A stretch of 64,000 bases of DNA from the NCBI GenBank assembly GCA_965644295.1, contig CBFFRP010000362.1, positions 186,001-250,000 on the forward strand, given 5' to 3'. Position 1 is the stretch's first letter, and each line of letters opens with the position of its first letter. The DNA comes from Paraphysomonas bandaiensis. Its lineage: Eukaryota; Protista; Chrysophyceae. Shown in pieces: positions 1 to 13,300 of this stretch. The notes under the pieces were generated by a model. The model made no database searches and was not told the DNA's origin. It saw nothing but the letters and a program-made list of their open reading frames with translations. A program made the translations under genes and the position numbers.

Positions 1-1227
1 GCGCTGTCTGGACTGCGTGACAAAAATAGCGAACATGCTTCGGTTCGAAAAGTAGTGAAAGCTCTGGGGAAATTAGTTGAACGTGCTCCGCCTGGAGAAA
101 TGACTCTTCAGCAGTTGGCCATGGGTCTGTCTGGTCTCAACAAATGCAATCCATCCCATGTGGAGGTGGAAAGTCTGCTGGCTAGTCTTGTTCCTCTGTT
201 CCACACATGTACAGATTCCGGGCGCATATCTGGGAAAGATGTACGCAACGTATTATTAGGGCTTAATATTACTGATTCAGGGCAGCATAAATGCTCTTTG
301 GATTGTGTTAGTGACATTGTTGATGTAATTGCGGATGCGGTTCAGGATTGTGTTGACGACTGTGTATGGACTCCTGTGGATATTTCGAAGTCTATGAGTG
401 CTTTGAAGTTTTTGGGTCATAAACCATTTTATTCCGATTCTTATTTTAAGCTTATGACTGCAATTCTGAATCACATGGACCGAATACCAGCCGAGCAATT
501 CACACACCAAGATGTGTCTAAAGCTGCTACAGGCTTGCGCGAATTGCCTCCTCATCATCCCACAGTACAGATGTGCATTGACTGCTTCGCAGACAAGATG
601 AAGTTATGCAAGGGCTCATTTAGTGGAACAGATATCAGCATTTTAGTAGTATTTGTGAGGCAGTTTTCGAATGAGTACAACGGCGTAGACGTTTTACATT
701 CAGAAGTAGGTAGACGAATCAAAGCTAATGTTCACTTAACGTTCTCTGAAATTGCCGATATATCTTATCAGCTGAGGTATTGTCAGTGCACAGAAAATGT
801 GTGCGAGATTATTATGCCATTGATTTCACGTCTTGATATGCTAACTCGTACACCCTGTTCAGAACCCCTAGCCGGGGCGGACATCTCTAAACTAGTATCT
901 GGTGTTAGCAGCATGAGCTCAAATGAACAAGGAACTCGAGACTTTGCGCGTGCTCTTGTTGGTGTACTGGATTGGTGTGGTGATATTTCAATAACGAGCT
1001 CGGATGTAGGCAGAATGTTTCAGGCCCTGCGGTGTATGAAGTCAGACAATGAGGAGTCATTAATGCTTCTCACGAGGATTACCGACTGTTTAAAACGCCA
1101 TCCAGATATGAAGTTCAATAGTGATGAGTTATATAGTGCATTGCAAGGATTGCAGAATATGTCCAGGAGCGTTGGTATCGTTCAGTCAGCTGCAGATATG
1201 ATAGAGGAAGCATCTTCCTGGGATTGA
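1..1227 (+). CDS. Helical tandem-repeat protein (~39-aa degenerate repeats), 5'-truncated by the window edge
   Basis: Frame 1 is open from base 1 (ALSGLRDKNSEHASVRKVVKAL...). A recurring unit is visible: 'MTLQQLAMGLSGLNKCNPSHVEVESLLASL', 'FTHQDVSKAATGLRELPPHHPTVQMCIDCF', 'LAGADISKLVSGVSSMSSNEQGTRDFARAL', 'ITSSDVGRMFQALRCMKSDNEESLMLLTRI', 'FNSDELYSALQGLQNMS'. Confidence 0.7.
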   Translation, partial: ALSGLRDKNSEHASVRKVVKALGKLVERAPPGEMTLQQLAMGLSGLNKCNPSHVEVESLLASLVPLFHTCTDSGRISGKDVRNVLLGLNITDSGQHKCSLDCVSDIVDVIADAVQDCVDDCVWTPVDISKSMSALKFLGHKPFYSDSYFKLMTAILNHMDRIPAEQFTHQDVSKAATGLRELPPHHPTVQMCIDCFADKMKLCKGSFSGTDISILVVFVRQFSNEYNGVDVLHSEVGRRIKANVHLTFSEIADISYQLRYCQCTENVCEIIMPLISRLDMLTRTPCSEPLAGADISKLVSGVSSMSSNEQGTRDFARALVGVLDWCGDISITSSDVGRMFQALRCMKSDNEESLMLLTRITDCLKRHPDMKFNSDELYSALQGLQNMSRSVGIVQSAADMIEEASSWD

Positions 1228-1644
1228 TACTATCAGACTTCGTTATGTTATTTTTGTTCTTAACATATTGGTGTATAAAGCTATCTTTAGTATAAATAAT
1301 ATATTCTATTTTTTTATTTACAATCCGTATGATGCAGTGACGAGTTTGGAATTTTTCGTCTCATCATGAGTAGCACCAAGGGTATCGTATCTATTTTATT
1401 TTACTCTACGAAACACGGAATGACCTTATGCTCGAGTCTATACGTATTGAAAACACACCTTTTGTGCGCAACACAATGTAGTACCGATAATCTGGGTGGT
1501 GGATTGACTGCTCTGTACTGTTTCCATCCAACGACAGGTGTTGGTCCGCTACGTACCACAGGCACCACTCTAGATCTCTAGATAAGAGCTTCACTACTAT
1601 ATTTAATTAGGTCTTCAACATCATGAGAATAGGTAGTAGTAAAT

Positions 1645-1795
1645 GTCTTATTATTAGCAATGGGTGTTTATGACTCAAGACTACTTTAGAATTGCACTTT
1701 AACTAACTAGTGCTTAACTCTGATATCCTATTCTTTAACGATACAAAAGCTGATTGTGCGTCACCGCAAGCACCAGGGTGCAACCACTCTCGCTT
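1645..1795 (-). repeat. Dispersed repeat family R1, copy 1 (probable 3' end of a non-LTR retroelement or SINE)
   Basis: The reverse complement reads gagtggttgcaccctggtgcttgcggtgacgcacaatcagcttttgtatcgttaaagaataggata...attgctaataataagac, which aligns with the copies at 32236 and 57127. Confidence 0.8.
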
Positions 1796-2399
1796 TGCAA
1801 ACCTAGATACATAGGTACAAGAAGTATCGTCTTTAAGTAATATTAGTCAAACATGGGGGAAAAGAATCCCACGATTTTTATGCGGTATATGCAGATATAC
1901 GGTATATGGCCGGAGAGTATATTCTTGAATTCTCGACACATAATTACAGAGTTGATACATATATATATATACTGCACACTGTCTTGTTTAAAAAATTCAA
2001 ATCAATTAATTGTTTTGCAGCCCTGTCCACTGTACACTACACAGTATTGCTTTGCACTAGGTGTTCAGTATGTAATGTTATGTAGTACTAGTTCTTATCT
2101 AATACTGTGATCTGACTTTTTTATATATGAATATGTCATATTTCTTTGTTATCATATAAATAGTCATACATTCAATAATATTCGAAACCAATATTCATAC
2201 TTGATATATATGTTCTAATTACATGCCTGATGAGTGTGTTGTTCTGTAACGTAACATTAAATATTTATAAAATATTTTCAAAATGATAGTATTGTTTTAA
2301 TGTAATCATATATTTGATTACGGACAGAAAATAAACTTTCGTTGAGTGCTATAAAATATATGGTGCCTATTATTAGACTATATGGTGCCTATAAAAAAT

Positions 2400-2577
2400 A
2401 TACTAGTCACAGCATAACTGGTGAAACACCTAATCATTAAATATTTCATATTTTCGGTTCACAATGACTAGAATAACTAGGTGTTCATGGTATTCACCTA
2501 GCCATCAATTAATGAATGCCCCAAAACTAGTGTGTCTAGGTAGTTTACCTATTTAAGTAGGTTGAATAATATATCCC
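2400..2577 (+). mobile_element. Degenerate, internally deleted relative of the 41778-43914 TIR element
   Basis: Shares ctagtcac..., ttcatattttc.gtt.acaatgactag, tggtattcacctag and ctagccatcaatt with that element's left arm. Ends in taggttgaataatatatccc, versus taggttgaataatatttccc at 43914. Left terminus and TSD are not clean. Confidence 0.65.
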
Positions 2578-3160
2578 TTTACCTATTAATAAAAAGGATT
2601 GAATTATAGATTCTAGTAGCTAGTAAGGCAGCAATAAAACAAGGATATGACTGTGGTTGTATTCGCTCGGTATCTTATTGAGTTTCAAAATTTTTGGTAA
2701 CATTCTCACCACAATATATAAAAACATGTATAATAGTTTATGTAGCTAGATTAATTTATTCATATACAATCACTATCTGACACCTACCGCCATTCTCCTA
2801 TTAAAATGCGAAAGCATAGTAATTAACTAACAGACTGACACAAGTAATGTATTTATGTCGCGTTGCCCGCTACACTCGAGCTACTTCTATCAGTATACTG
2901 CTAACTGCTAAGTAAATACTATGTATTGTCTTTGCGTCTTTACCTTGTGCTTGTGTACATATCTTTCACGCATCGCTGCTTTATGCCTACGGAATAAAAT
3001 GATGTCCATATTTCATTGCCCCACCTCGGTAGAGCGAACCAACAGTACTGCTTAGTCGACGCTAGTTTAAGTTTATGACTACATTGATTGCTAACTACTT
3101 ACGAACTTCATGCAAGAAATACATGACTGTGATCCCAAAACACAGCAGTAAGTAGAATAT

Positions 3161-3679
3161 CTAAGCATTCTTCTCTGCCCTTTCTCTTCTACTCCTCGCA
3201 ATAGTTTCTGCATCGAAATCCAAACGAGGCTCCTTCCAGAGAATTTCGTAAAGCCTATGTTTCTTTTTCTTCGACTTCTGTTGACACGACACAGCACGAA
3301 TAATATCGCCTACGCGGCAAATTTCTTCCTCGTCATGTATCATTACTTTCTTAGTATATCTCAGATATGCTTTGTACTTGGAGATATATTTGCGCTTCTG
3401 AACGGCTATGGTGCAGCTCTTTGCACACTTGGTGGCAACAACTTTACCGACCATCGACTGTCTTATTCTCTTCTTCTCCTCATAGGCTTTCGTCACATCT
3501 GATATTTCTTTCTTATACTCATCTTCCAATCCAGCACACATCGTCCGAACGATCTGTAATCAATAACCATGAGATAAAGGAGAGTGATGAGATGAGATGC
3601 TTACATTCAGACGGACCGTATTGAGGCCCTGGAACAACTGCATCTTGGACCCCTGAACCCTTGATAATGCAGAAAACAT
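3161..3679 (-). CDS. MRPS17: Ribosomal protein uS17, probably mitochondrial (2 exons: 3679-3605, 3553-3161)
   Basis: S17 core 'MVGKVVATKCAKSCTIAV...KYKAYLRYTKKVMIHDEEEICRVGDIIRAVSCQQKSKKKKHRL'. A 51-bp GT-AG intron joins in frame a transit-peptide-like exon, MFSALSRVQGSKMQLFQGLNTVRLN. Confidence 0.85.
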
Positions 3680-4234
3680 GGCTCTAGATATTGTGCGAGC
3701 GGCGGGGTGTATTTATATGAGAGAGGAGTGTGATGGCGTGGCCTCTTCGTATTAAACACTGATTATCAGTCAGTCATATAGCAGTATGCTTGTGTATGCG
3801 TGTATCGTATATGGGATACAGTGGTATGCTATGGTATGGTGTGGTGTGGTATGGTGTGGTATACTGAACACTACGCTGCTGTGCACTGGGCATCTTCATA
3901 TTCTATGGAGGGGTGTACAATGCACTCCGAGTGGTATACTGCTGTACTCTGTCTATACACACCAGTGGACCATAGTATACGTATACTATACACGGTATAC
4001 AGAAAGATGTACAGGACTGGCGAGAGATGTGTGTGTATATGCGTATACAGAGTATACGGCACAGCTCTCCATATAGGCACACAGCACACATAGTCTGTAG
4101 CTGTAGCAAGAACATCATCATCTTCATCGTCTCCAGAGCCTCCAGAGCCTCCTTGTGAACAGAACTGCATCTGTGTATCTTGTTATTTTCATTCGAAGCA
4201 TTCTACCTGCATACAGCAGATCTATCACACTGAT

Positions 4235-5165
4235 ATGACGTCACCGCTCCATCGATTCGCCTCTATGGTCTTAGCGGACGGGAGGCACCTGGCGTGGAGG
4301 TAGATCGGTGGATATCTCACTCATGTTGTGCCTGATATATATGCAATGCAGAGAGTACGGAACCCCTTCAGGATTTCCAGTGATATTCTTTCATGGTAAT
4401 CTGAACTCCCGTATATTTCAACCCATGTGGAACCAAACCAGTGAGGCGACAAAGACAGCTGGAGCTCGTGTCATTGCGATCGATCGTCCAGGTTATGGAA
4501 ACTCAACCTACCACCCCGATCGCAGCTATTCCTCTTGTGCGGATGATACCCTGCAGTTGGCTAATCACCTACGGCTTCCTCAATTCGCAGTCCTGGGGTA
4601 TTCTAGCGGTGGTCCCTGTGCCATGTCCTGTGCGGTTCGACTCTCTTCTCGTATTGCTGGCTGTGGACTGATCTGCCCTGATGGCCCCTACCGTGCTATT
4701 AGTGATGGAATGGTACAGCAGATGTTTGGTTCTGACAATGTCACTCAGGAGTACAATCTCCAGCGTACGCAGAGAGAATATAAGTCGTTAATTGAATCTT
4801 ATACCTCTATGAGTAAGCCTGATCGCAAAGAGTTGGCATTGGCTGATATTGAACTTGCTGCTGCTCAGGGACTTGACAAGGGCCCAACACAAGATGGATT
4901 ACTGGAGAGTTCTCCTTGGGATTTCGACGTAAAGGATCTTGGTTCTGGTGATCTGACGGATAGTCCTTCTATGCCGGTGCTTCTGTGGCACGGTGTGGAC
5001 GATGATACTGTCCCAATATCCGTAGCTAGATGGATATCTCATCGATGTCCAGCTATCCGTCCAGCATATATCGAGGGTGAATCCCACAGCATGATCAGGC
5101 GCAGGTGGAAAACCATTCTGGATGAGTTGTTATTGGCTGTTCGCGAGCAAAAGAGTCGCAGCTAG
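4235..5165 (+). CDS. Alpha/beta-fold hydrolase (2 exons: 4235-4299, 4352-5165)
   Basis: Motifs 'LADGRHLAWREYG...FFHG', 'IDRPGYGNS', nucleophile elbow GYSSGG, 'WHGVDDDTVP' and 'GESH'. The intron joins in frame. Confidence 0.9.
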
Positions 5166-7393
5166 CTGACGTTTCCGGACTGCACTCTTCTAGTCATTGC
5201 TGTTTACTAGCAGCTAAACTAGCTTATAGATCAGTTTGGCACGCTGAATTATTTTGAAAATGTTCGCATTTACTGCAAAACAATAAACGAAGTTGACACA
5301 AAAATCATACTTCTCAATTATAACGTGTTGACAGCCTTGAATATTTGCATAGTAGTCTAACTAATTTTCTTGTCTCATTTGTCGTAGTACTACTAATAAT
5401 GTATCGTATTAACGTTTCAATGATAAAAGAAAATTAAAGAGACTGATTGACGAATGGTTTTGTATTCATTCTGGGAGCTGATCCCTCAATATGAAACTAA
5501 GCCTGACCTACATATTACTTATGCTAAACGTAAGTCACTTACACTTTATGTAGTACTGGTACCAAAACGTTCAGTGAGTACAGTCATCATAGCTATAAGA
5601 AGTTGTTTGAAGTCCGTTTGCATAACTTCTATCTTTTCACTTCAATTTGCTAGAGGTATCTGAGTATGTATTATGTATATACACAGTGGTCTGTTGTCTG
5701 TTTGTATATACTATATACGTATATAAAATATACACTGTCACACTTGTTACAAAAATTTACGTTTGTATTGGAATGAGTACAACACTTTATAGTATTCCAT
5801 ATTTCTTTATTACTAATCATATCATTTACATGGATAATCAAAAGCTTACAGCAACGAATATTCTAACACCGTGTGTGAGAATCGAATGTCAAATGCACTC
5901 ATTCGTAGTGAAGAAGTACACACTTTGACTTATGGCTCAGAAACAGTCACCAACGTAGTATAGACAAGTATGTGTGCTGATGATATAGGTAGCAGTATGT
6001 TATGTATATGACGGGATAAAGCTCGGAAACTGCAATAACATGACTCTGATGAAGAATCATTCGAAGACTATGTCAGCCACTCCACAGGTTTAAGAAATAA
6101 TGAAATATACAATGTGTTTACAGCACGAAGTAGGGGGCTAATTCAGCCCCCTAATTTCCAATCTTTTGTGACATGAAAAGTTTACATAGGGTATCAGTTA
6201 CAGACTTTGAGAATATCAGGAGCAGTGCTAGACTGACTTATAATCCTTGCCTGATGAATAATGAACAATCGAATTCCCCGTAGAGCGGGTTGGTTTCAAC
6301 AAAAAGGCAATCATCCTATATCTACATTGTGCCGTTTTGCCACGAATGCAATAAAAAATGAGGCCAACTTGCGACCAATCGTATAAAGCACACCACATCG
6401 TAATTCTATTTTTACTTCTATTATTCAATATCTTGGGATTGAATGAAAGCATTACATTACATTTCAACTTCTATGTTTTGTTCTTTTCTGATGCATACTT
6501 CTGTCAAACTATAATTTTACTTTGTCAATATTATTCAGTAAATAGCAATATACTTTTCTCACGCTATGTTCTGTTTCATCAAGATTGTGTAATAATTCTG
6601 TTAAATTATCTCCATCTCTCTGCTGAAAAATATATTCCGGAGGTAGGAATATTTTACCACTCTTGTAGAATACACCACAACACTCATTAGATATATAAAT
6701 TTTCAAATTGAAATAAAATAGAATATTATTCATACTTATTTCTGTTTTCATAGGCACTAGGGTAAAAATTCATATAACACATAAAAATACATACACTGGT
6801 AGGCCACCATGTCTTTTCCAGAACACGATCTGGCGTTTACACCTGAGTTTGCTGTTTCTATACTTTTCTAGCTGCTCCTACCAGCGTTACACATTGGGAT
6901 GAGTAAAACGTAAATATCTGAATGTTGAACGCACTCAATATTCAAATACTAAACGTATAATCTACACCTCTTATCATTCATTGATATTCGCTGCATAAAA
7001 AATTACAGAACAATATTATCAGATCTTAGATAGACACGATCATATGCTATCAAAGTATTTCAATTTCTCTAGCATAATTAATATCATATCATTATTCATG
7101 TACACAGCCTTTAACTACTGAATTCTTCAAGTAACTGACATAATTCAAATATCTTTTCGAAATACAGCTTGCTCAAAAGCAGCAAAACTCAACAATGGTG
7201 TCTGTATGTAAATACTTGAAGACCAAATGCCATTGTAACACATATGATCCTACACTCGTTATTTTTAGAGACCGCTGATATTTAGAGAATACAAAGTCAT
7301 TTCTACAATAGATACCACAGCGCATGTAATCAGGTAAATACAACAATATATTACAAAATGATATCGAAATGTGCACCAGATCCAGGGCGTGAG

Positions 7394-10300
7394 TTACTTC
7401 GGTAAATGCCATTTCGGACAGCTGTACATGGCTACATTACGCTTTGCCCATTCAGCTGTGTCGCAGGTGGAGGGCATAGCTACCATTAAAAAAGGTATTT
7501 GATGGTCAAACGATTGGTATGTTATATCTGCAGGTATGCTGTTCGCTGTAGGGAAATCTGGTGTCACGTATAGCGGACACTGGAAATCATCAGGGCTAAA
7601 GGGATCGTCCACTGTTGCTGTAATTGTCAAATGAAGTTCCTGTTAACAAAGGTTTGAGGTGCACTAATTACAAATATATTTATAAAATATTAATTCTACT
7701 ACTGTCAATATATATAATACCTGAGTAATCTGAGAAGCTGTGAAAGGGTACATGAAGTCAATGCTATACTTCTGCTGCTCCCATCTGGCATTAGCGAGAT
7801 GGACTGCAGACACAACTACAGAATAAGAAGAGCTCACCGGCGAGTTATTTTGAGAGTACAGTTTTGACAGTGCTATATTACGTTCCGCCGCCGTGCCAGG
7901 CATATCATGAACTCTCGTTTCAAGCTTCACATTATCAATCGGAGTTTGCAGTTTTCTTGCAAGTGTATCTTTGATAACAAACAGCAAAGCAGAGGGGTTT
8001 TGAAGAAGATGAAGTTTAACACAGTCTGGTTGTCTACTAGTATACCACGACGACAACATCGAACGACGCTCACGCAATTGACCAACCCATTCTTCTAGAG
8101 AAACGCAAGGTGGATTCGTATCACTATAGCACCGCAGCCAAGATGGTGGCACTTCACTTCTACTTAACGACTCATAAAAATGTGCCGCAGAAGGCGGACA
8201 AGTGCTTAAACACATCATATCCTCAATATGCCTCTTGAAGTATAACACACAGCTGTTGAAGCATACAACTTCAAGTAATGCAAACTTCCAGAGTTGATCG
8301 TCTACTGTTTTTTTTCTTGCTGTTTTACTACCTTCTACAAGTCTATGGGATCGTTTTCGAGATGATAAAATGCTGCCACTACTGGGAAGGCGGCTCAATG
8401 GAGTCCCAATCTTGTGACGGCTGCTCAAGGTCATAGCTTCGCTCGACTCAATAGCAATAGGGATTGGTAGAAGTTTCAAAATAACTGACAAATAATCCTT
8501 AAAACAACCCACAACGTAAGAATTAACTCCATAGTTGACAGGAGGTAGACCAGACCGTATACTAAATGCATCATTGAAACCTACAACACAATGCAACTGA
8601 GATTGTGAGAGCTCACCAGAGGTACAGCCTAGGAAGTCTACAACGCCGACATCTCGAGTGTGGTCTTCCAGTAGAGATTGTACACTAACAGTGAAGTCAT
8701 CAAGGCTTGCACGATCCATTGAGCTTGGAAGAGGGAGAACTCCGAGAAGGTAGTACTCCTCACTGCTATCTAAGCTACCTGGTGTAAAGTAATTCTCAAA
8801 CTCTGCTTCAATCATACGAATCGCTAGAGTGTTATCAACTAACACAGTGTACAAACTATCCACCAGTTGTCCGAGCAGGACACGAAGCGTTTCCGCATAA
8901 GCATCCGTATGATAAAGTGTCCTGAATTGCATAATAGTTTTCGTTGCATGTCGAAGCGTGTCGTCACCAATCGAGGAAATGTGCTCACACACACGGAGCA
9001 AAACTGCTGTGTGAAACAACGCCAGTATCCAGTAGACTCTCGCTGTTCCTCTTGGAATCCGACGGTTAGACTCCTTAGATATCTTCAAGATATGCTCGTC
9101 ATGAAATGCCATTATCACAATCACAACGTGATTCAGCACTTCAACGTAATTTTTCATCAGCAGAATCGGGGTATAGCAGCGCATGTATACAGTACCAGTA
9201 TCAGTAACCTCATTGTTGTACGAAAGTCGAATTAACTCGATGCTCTCCACTGCACAATTACCATTGAGGTTTAGAAGAGCAGGGAGTAGATCACTTTCCA
9301 AATTATATAGCTTAGGTCTCCCAGGATGAGCAACAACATGAACAGATTGAAAAGGTGTAATATTGATACTGGAACGTTGAGCCGGAGAGCTCATATCTGC
9401 CGCAGAGCCACTGCGTGACCTCATTAGGGGGGTACTTTCAGACAGGGTATCAGTGTGAACGCTGCCATGCTTGGATGATATATCCCATGATACCATCGAA
9501 TTCGAGATTGGCCAAAACTGCACAGACGGTGAGTCCAAAAGGCTACATTTATCAGCCCAACTACCAGCCCTCTCCATTGCTCCACTAATCGATGTATCAA
9601 ATGCTTGTGAATAGTTCTGAAAAATACTTATAGTTTTTGCATGTTCAGTATTTAGAGCCGACAACCGTTGTACCAATTTGCGATGGGTACAACTCTGGGT
9701 GCTGTTCTGACGATCGATTTCCGGGATTTTCCAGTCGCTTAAATTTAAGATAGTGGCATCGATAAAGCTATCTACAGCTAGAGGCTTCAATGCCAATATT
9801 ATCAACAGATTTTCAATCCAGTTTAACTGATCTAGACAGCCTTGAGGCATAGGAAGGACATGCTGAGGCTTCGAGTATGCATTGGCCCATGCTTCTAACT
9901 CTGGTGCAAAATCCACCAAGAGGGAAAGTACATATTCTACAGATTCTGAACAACATATCTCTGTCCATTTCGTGTGAATATAAGTAAGTGCTTCTTCTAA
10001 ACATAATTTTGTCTCTGGAGATATACATGTCTGCATACCTCGTCGCTTACAACGTATTAAACCAAGTGATCCAATATACTTTTGAAATATACTTAACACA
10101 CAAGATATGTGGTCAGTCCGGTTGTTACTGTCGGATAAATTAAGATTTGCTACAATACTCAGCTGAAGATAATACACATCTCTTCCTGGAAGTTGTTTGA
10201 CAAGGTCAATGTAACAGTTGTCTAAAACCTCAATCAAAACTTTACGAAGAGAAGTGGATTGGTAGCTCACAATTATATCAAGTACAAGCTGTACAATTCT

Positions 10301-13300
10301 TTGAGGTATGGCATAGTGCACGACATGAGGGAACCTGAGAGTGCTATTTACAAAAGCAATTAAGCACTTCAAAGTGGGTGATATATCTGCGTGTAAAAAT
10401 TTCCACTGCAGTGCGAGCATACGACAGGCCGACTGATACATATACGCATCCATAGTTTTGGAAAACATTGGTGTATTTCTCATACGTATAATACTTGAAT
10501 ATAGAGTTTTCCAAGCATCGCATATCGATTTATCGAAGCATCCTCCGTGTGCAAGATAGAATAAAATAACAATATCCGGGCATATGAAACTTTTAGAGTC
10601 AAAACAAATAATTGTAGTGCTCGGATTGGCTATATCAAGTATATGCTGTTCGTCTGACTCAATGCGAAGAAGTGATTCTACCAAACAATCGTCAGAGTCA
10701 GGAGCAGCATCATCGCCTCCATGATTCTGACCGCTCGATTGGCAAGCCTCAAGGCCACACATCTCACACAAGACGTGGGAAAAGAAATGACCATTTCCAC
10801 CTACCCGTGCAGTATTTTCTACAAGAATGGCGAGCACAACTGCAGACAGTTCTATCGTCACACTTGGTGCAGCACACTTAATGATAACCAAAGAATCAAT
10901 AAAACTACAAATTTTATCAAAACGCTGCCCCTTTACTTCTGCAACAGTATGATAGTAGCTATAAACAACACCAAGGGGATCAGTATTGCGTGGCTTCAGT
11001 CCACATACCGTGTTCGCCATCGTGGTCAGCACGAACTCTATATATTCTGCTCGACTATTAAGTGGACACAAAGACACATATCGAGCCTTTACTACAGCCA
11101 ACACAATATCACTTAGAGATTGTATTAACTTATGCTGCACAGATCCCGCTATCGGTGTTGCCCCTAGCGCACTACCGTCGTCACCATGCCCCTCTGTAAA
11201 AGGTTCACTTATATCTTCATGACTTGATGCAACGGAGGCATACATAGATGTAAGTCCTAAATAGATCGCATTTTGCTTATCCCACAATACTTTGGTCTGC
11301 TCGGCGCAACAGATATTGAAAATCTTTATGATAAAGTCATAAGTGCCTTGGGTGTACTCTTGACTTTGAATTGTATAACTGTGGCTCGACGTCTCCAATA
11401 AATCACTGTCTCGAGCTGCCAAAACAACTTCAGAAATTGAAGCAGATACCATTTCCGCAGTTTGTGAGCTAAATACGCTGCTGAGAAGATCCATATTGAC
11501 CCCATATAGTGGAGAAAAGTGAACGTTTCGTATTCGTGCAGTCATGGTCGGTTCAAGTGAAAGTTCCACCGTGGTTTTACTGATGTCAGTATATGGACCA
11601 AACGATACAATCATTTTTATTGACGACACATATTTGTTTAAGAGCATCCGCATCTGAGGATCTTTTCTGGGGTATATTCCATACTTTTCTTCTAATATAG
11701 AGTTCGCCAAATCGGTGGTCATATTGAACGTACGGTAAAGGTTTTTCCACATTGTTTTGTCAATAACTCCATTGTTAGATTCTAAATGTAAATGCCATAA
11801 TATTGGGTGCAACTCATTCTCATCACCAGAGTCACAATTTTTTTTAATATTTCTAATGCATGTACTTCTTGCTAGGGCTGCAAATGAGTTTGGTAAAGAA
11901 AAGTCTTTATTCAGCTCAGTCGACTGACTCTTGCGGTAAGACAACAACAAAAGGCAAAACCCATTCACTACCCTATCGTTTAGTTCCCTTAATGACATAT
12001 CGTGGTCTAATAAGTGAGCTTTATAACGAAAGTCGCACACTACACATGACATCTTCAAAACACTTTTGATAAAAGGAAGTACTGAACCAACAGCACATCC
12101 AAAATGTCCAGGAGTCACGAGAAAAACACTGACCTTATGAACGTCTCTCCACAACCCTGCATTACCGGTATCCACTAAGTCAATGTCCAATTTATCGCCA
12201 ATACCACAAGCTTTTCCATCAAGCATGTTGTTTACAAATTTATCCCTGATTTCATCGACACTCATAAGGCCCACGAATACTCTGTTTTCTATTTTCTCCT
12301 CACGTGCAACTGGTCCAACAGCCCCTCGGACAATTTTCGCAGGAGAACCTGATGAATTCTTCAATGCAGACATACGATGTAAAGCGACTGTCGTTGCAAA
12401 ACGAGGAGCTACATTCTGACGCCCGAAGCTTTGTGTCAATGCGTTCTTTAAATTTGATGTTCGGAATGACGCCTCATTAAGAATTTTGTCCAAAGAACTA
12501 TATATCTGCCTCTCGAAAAAAGACCCCGAAATTTCAGAGTTGAGGGCCCGCTTCCACGTTTTCCCTATTTCTCCAGATGAGACAACCGGAAGGTCCTCTA
12601 GATGTACCCTCAACGACTCCAAGAGATTCGATGCTCGCCACGAAGAGGGGCAATGCTTCAAATGAGAGGATAAGGGCAAACCTTCACAGTCGAGATGCCG
12701 AATTTGATCATATAGCTTGACTGACAAGTATGCTATATCAAAAGCAAGCGACTCTTGAATAAAGGGACACATTAGTTGTAACTTCGAGGACATCACGTCA
12801 GTAAGAATAATATCACTACCGGACAAAATCATTGTAAAACAGTTTCCCAATAGCCGACTGTTCTTTGCATTGTCTGTCAATGTTCCACAAAGCACGCAAT
12901 AAAAGTGTTTGTGATACACCCACCCTTTTTCCTTGTCAAAATAAGATTTATTAGAAATCATACTGCGGTATAATTCCGCCCCAGAATCCTTATCATAGGA
13001 CGAAGGTGCGGAGAAATTCACATCATCGACGAAGACGGCACCATACGAAGGGAAATTACTTTCCACGAAATATGTACTTGAAATATCTCTGGAATCTTCT
13101 AAATATTTAATAATATTCGTAGGGCTAGAGTCGTGTACCACAGTAAGCCATCTCTTGAATGGAGACATCGCGGATACCATGTTGAACACAATAGATGACT
13201 TACCGACCCCACTGTCGCCAAGTAATGCAATCATGTCAATACAGTCAGTGTCTTGATTAGACGCTTGGTACTGTAGGATATTTCGTTGAATGTATGTCGC

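Noticed and set aside
6040-6176. Hammerhead-like ctgatga...gaagac, hairpin tagggggct/agcccccta, and an 'SRGLIQP' transposase-like peptide
   Set aside because: The ribozyme core is non-canonical (GAAG, no proper stem II), and the peptide similarity is too short to support a call.
6793-6888. Tiny MITE (acactggtagg / cctaccagcgt)
   Set aside because: The 11-bp imperfect inverted repeat has no clean TSD and is single-copy in the window, so it could be chance.
5454-7412. Short ORFs in AT-rich intergenic DNA (and similar ones elsewhere, including antisense ORFs within genes)
   Set aside because: They have no recognisable motifs and low-complexity composition, and many use non-ATG starts that are inappropriate for this eukaryotic sequence.
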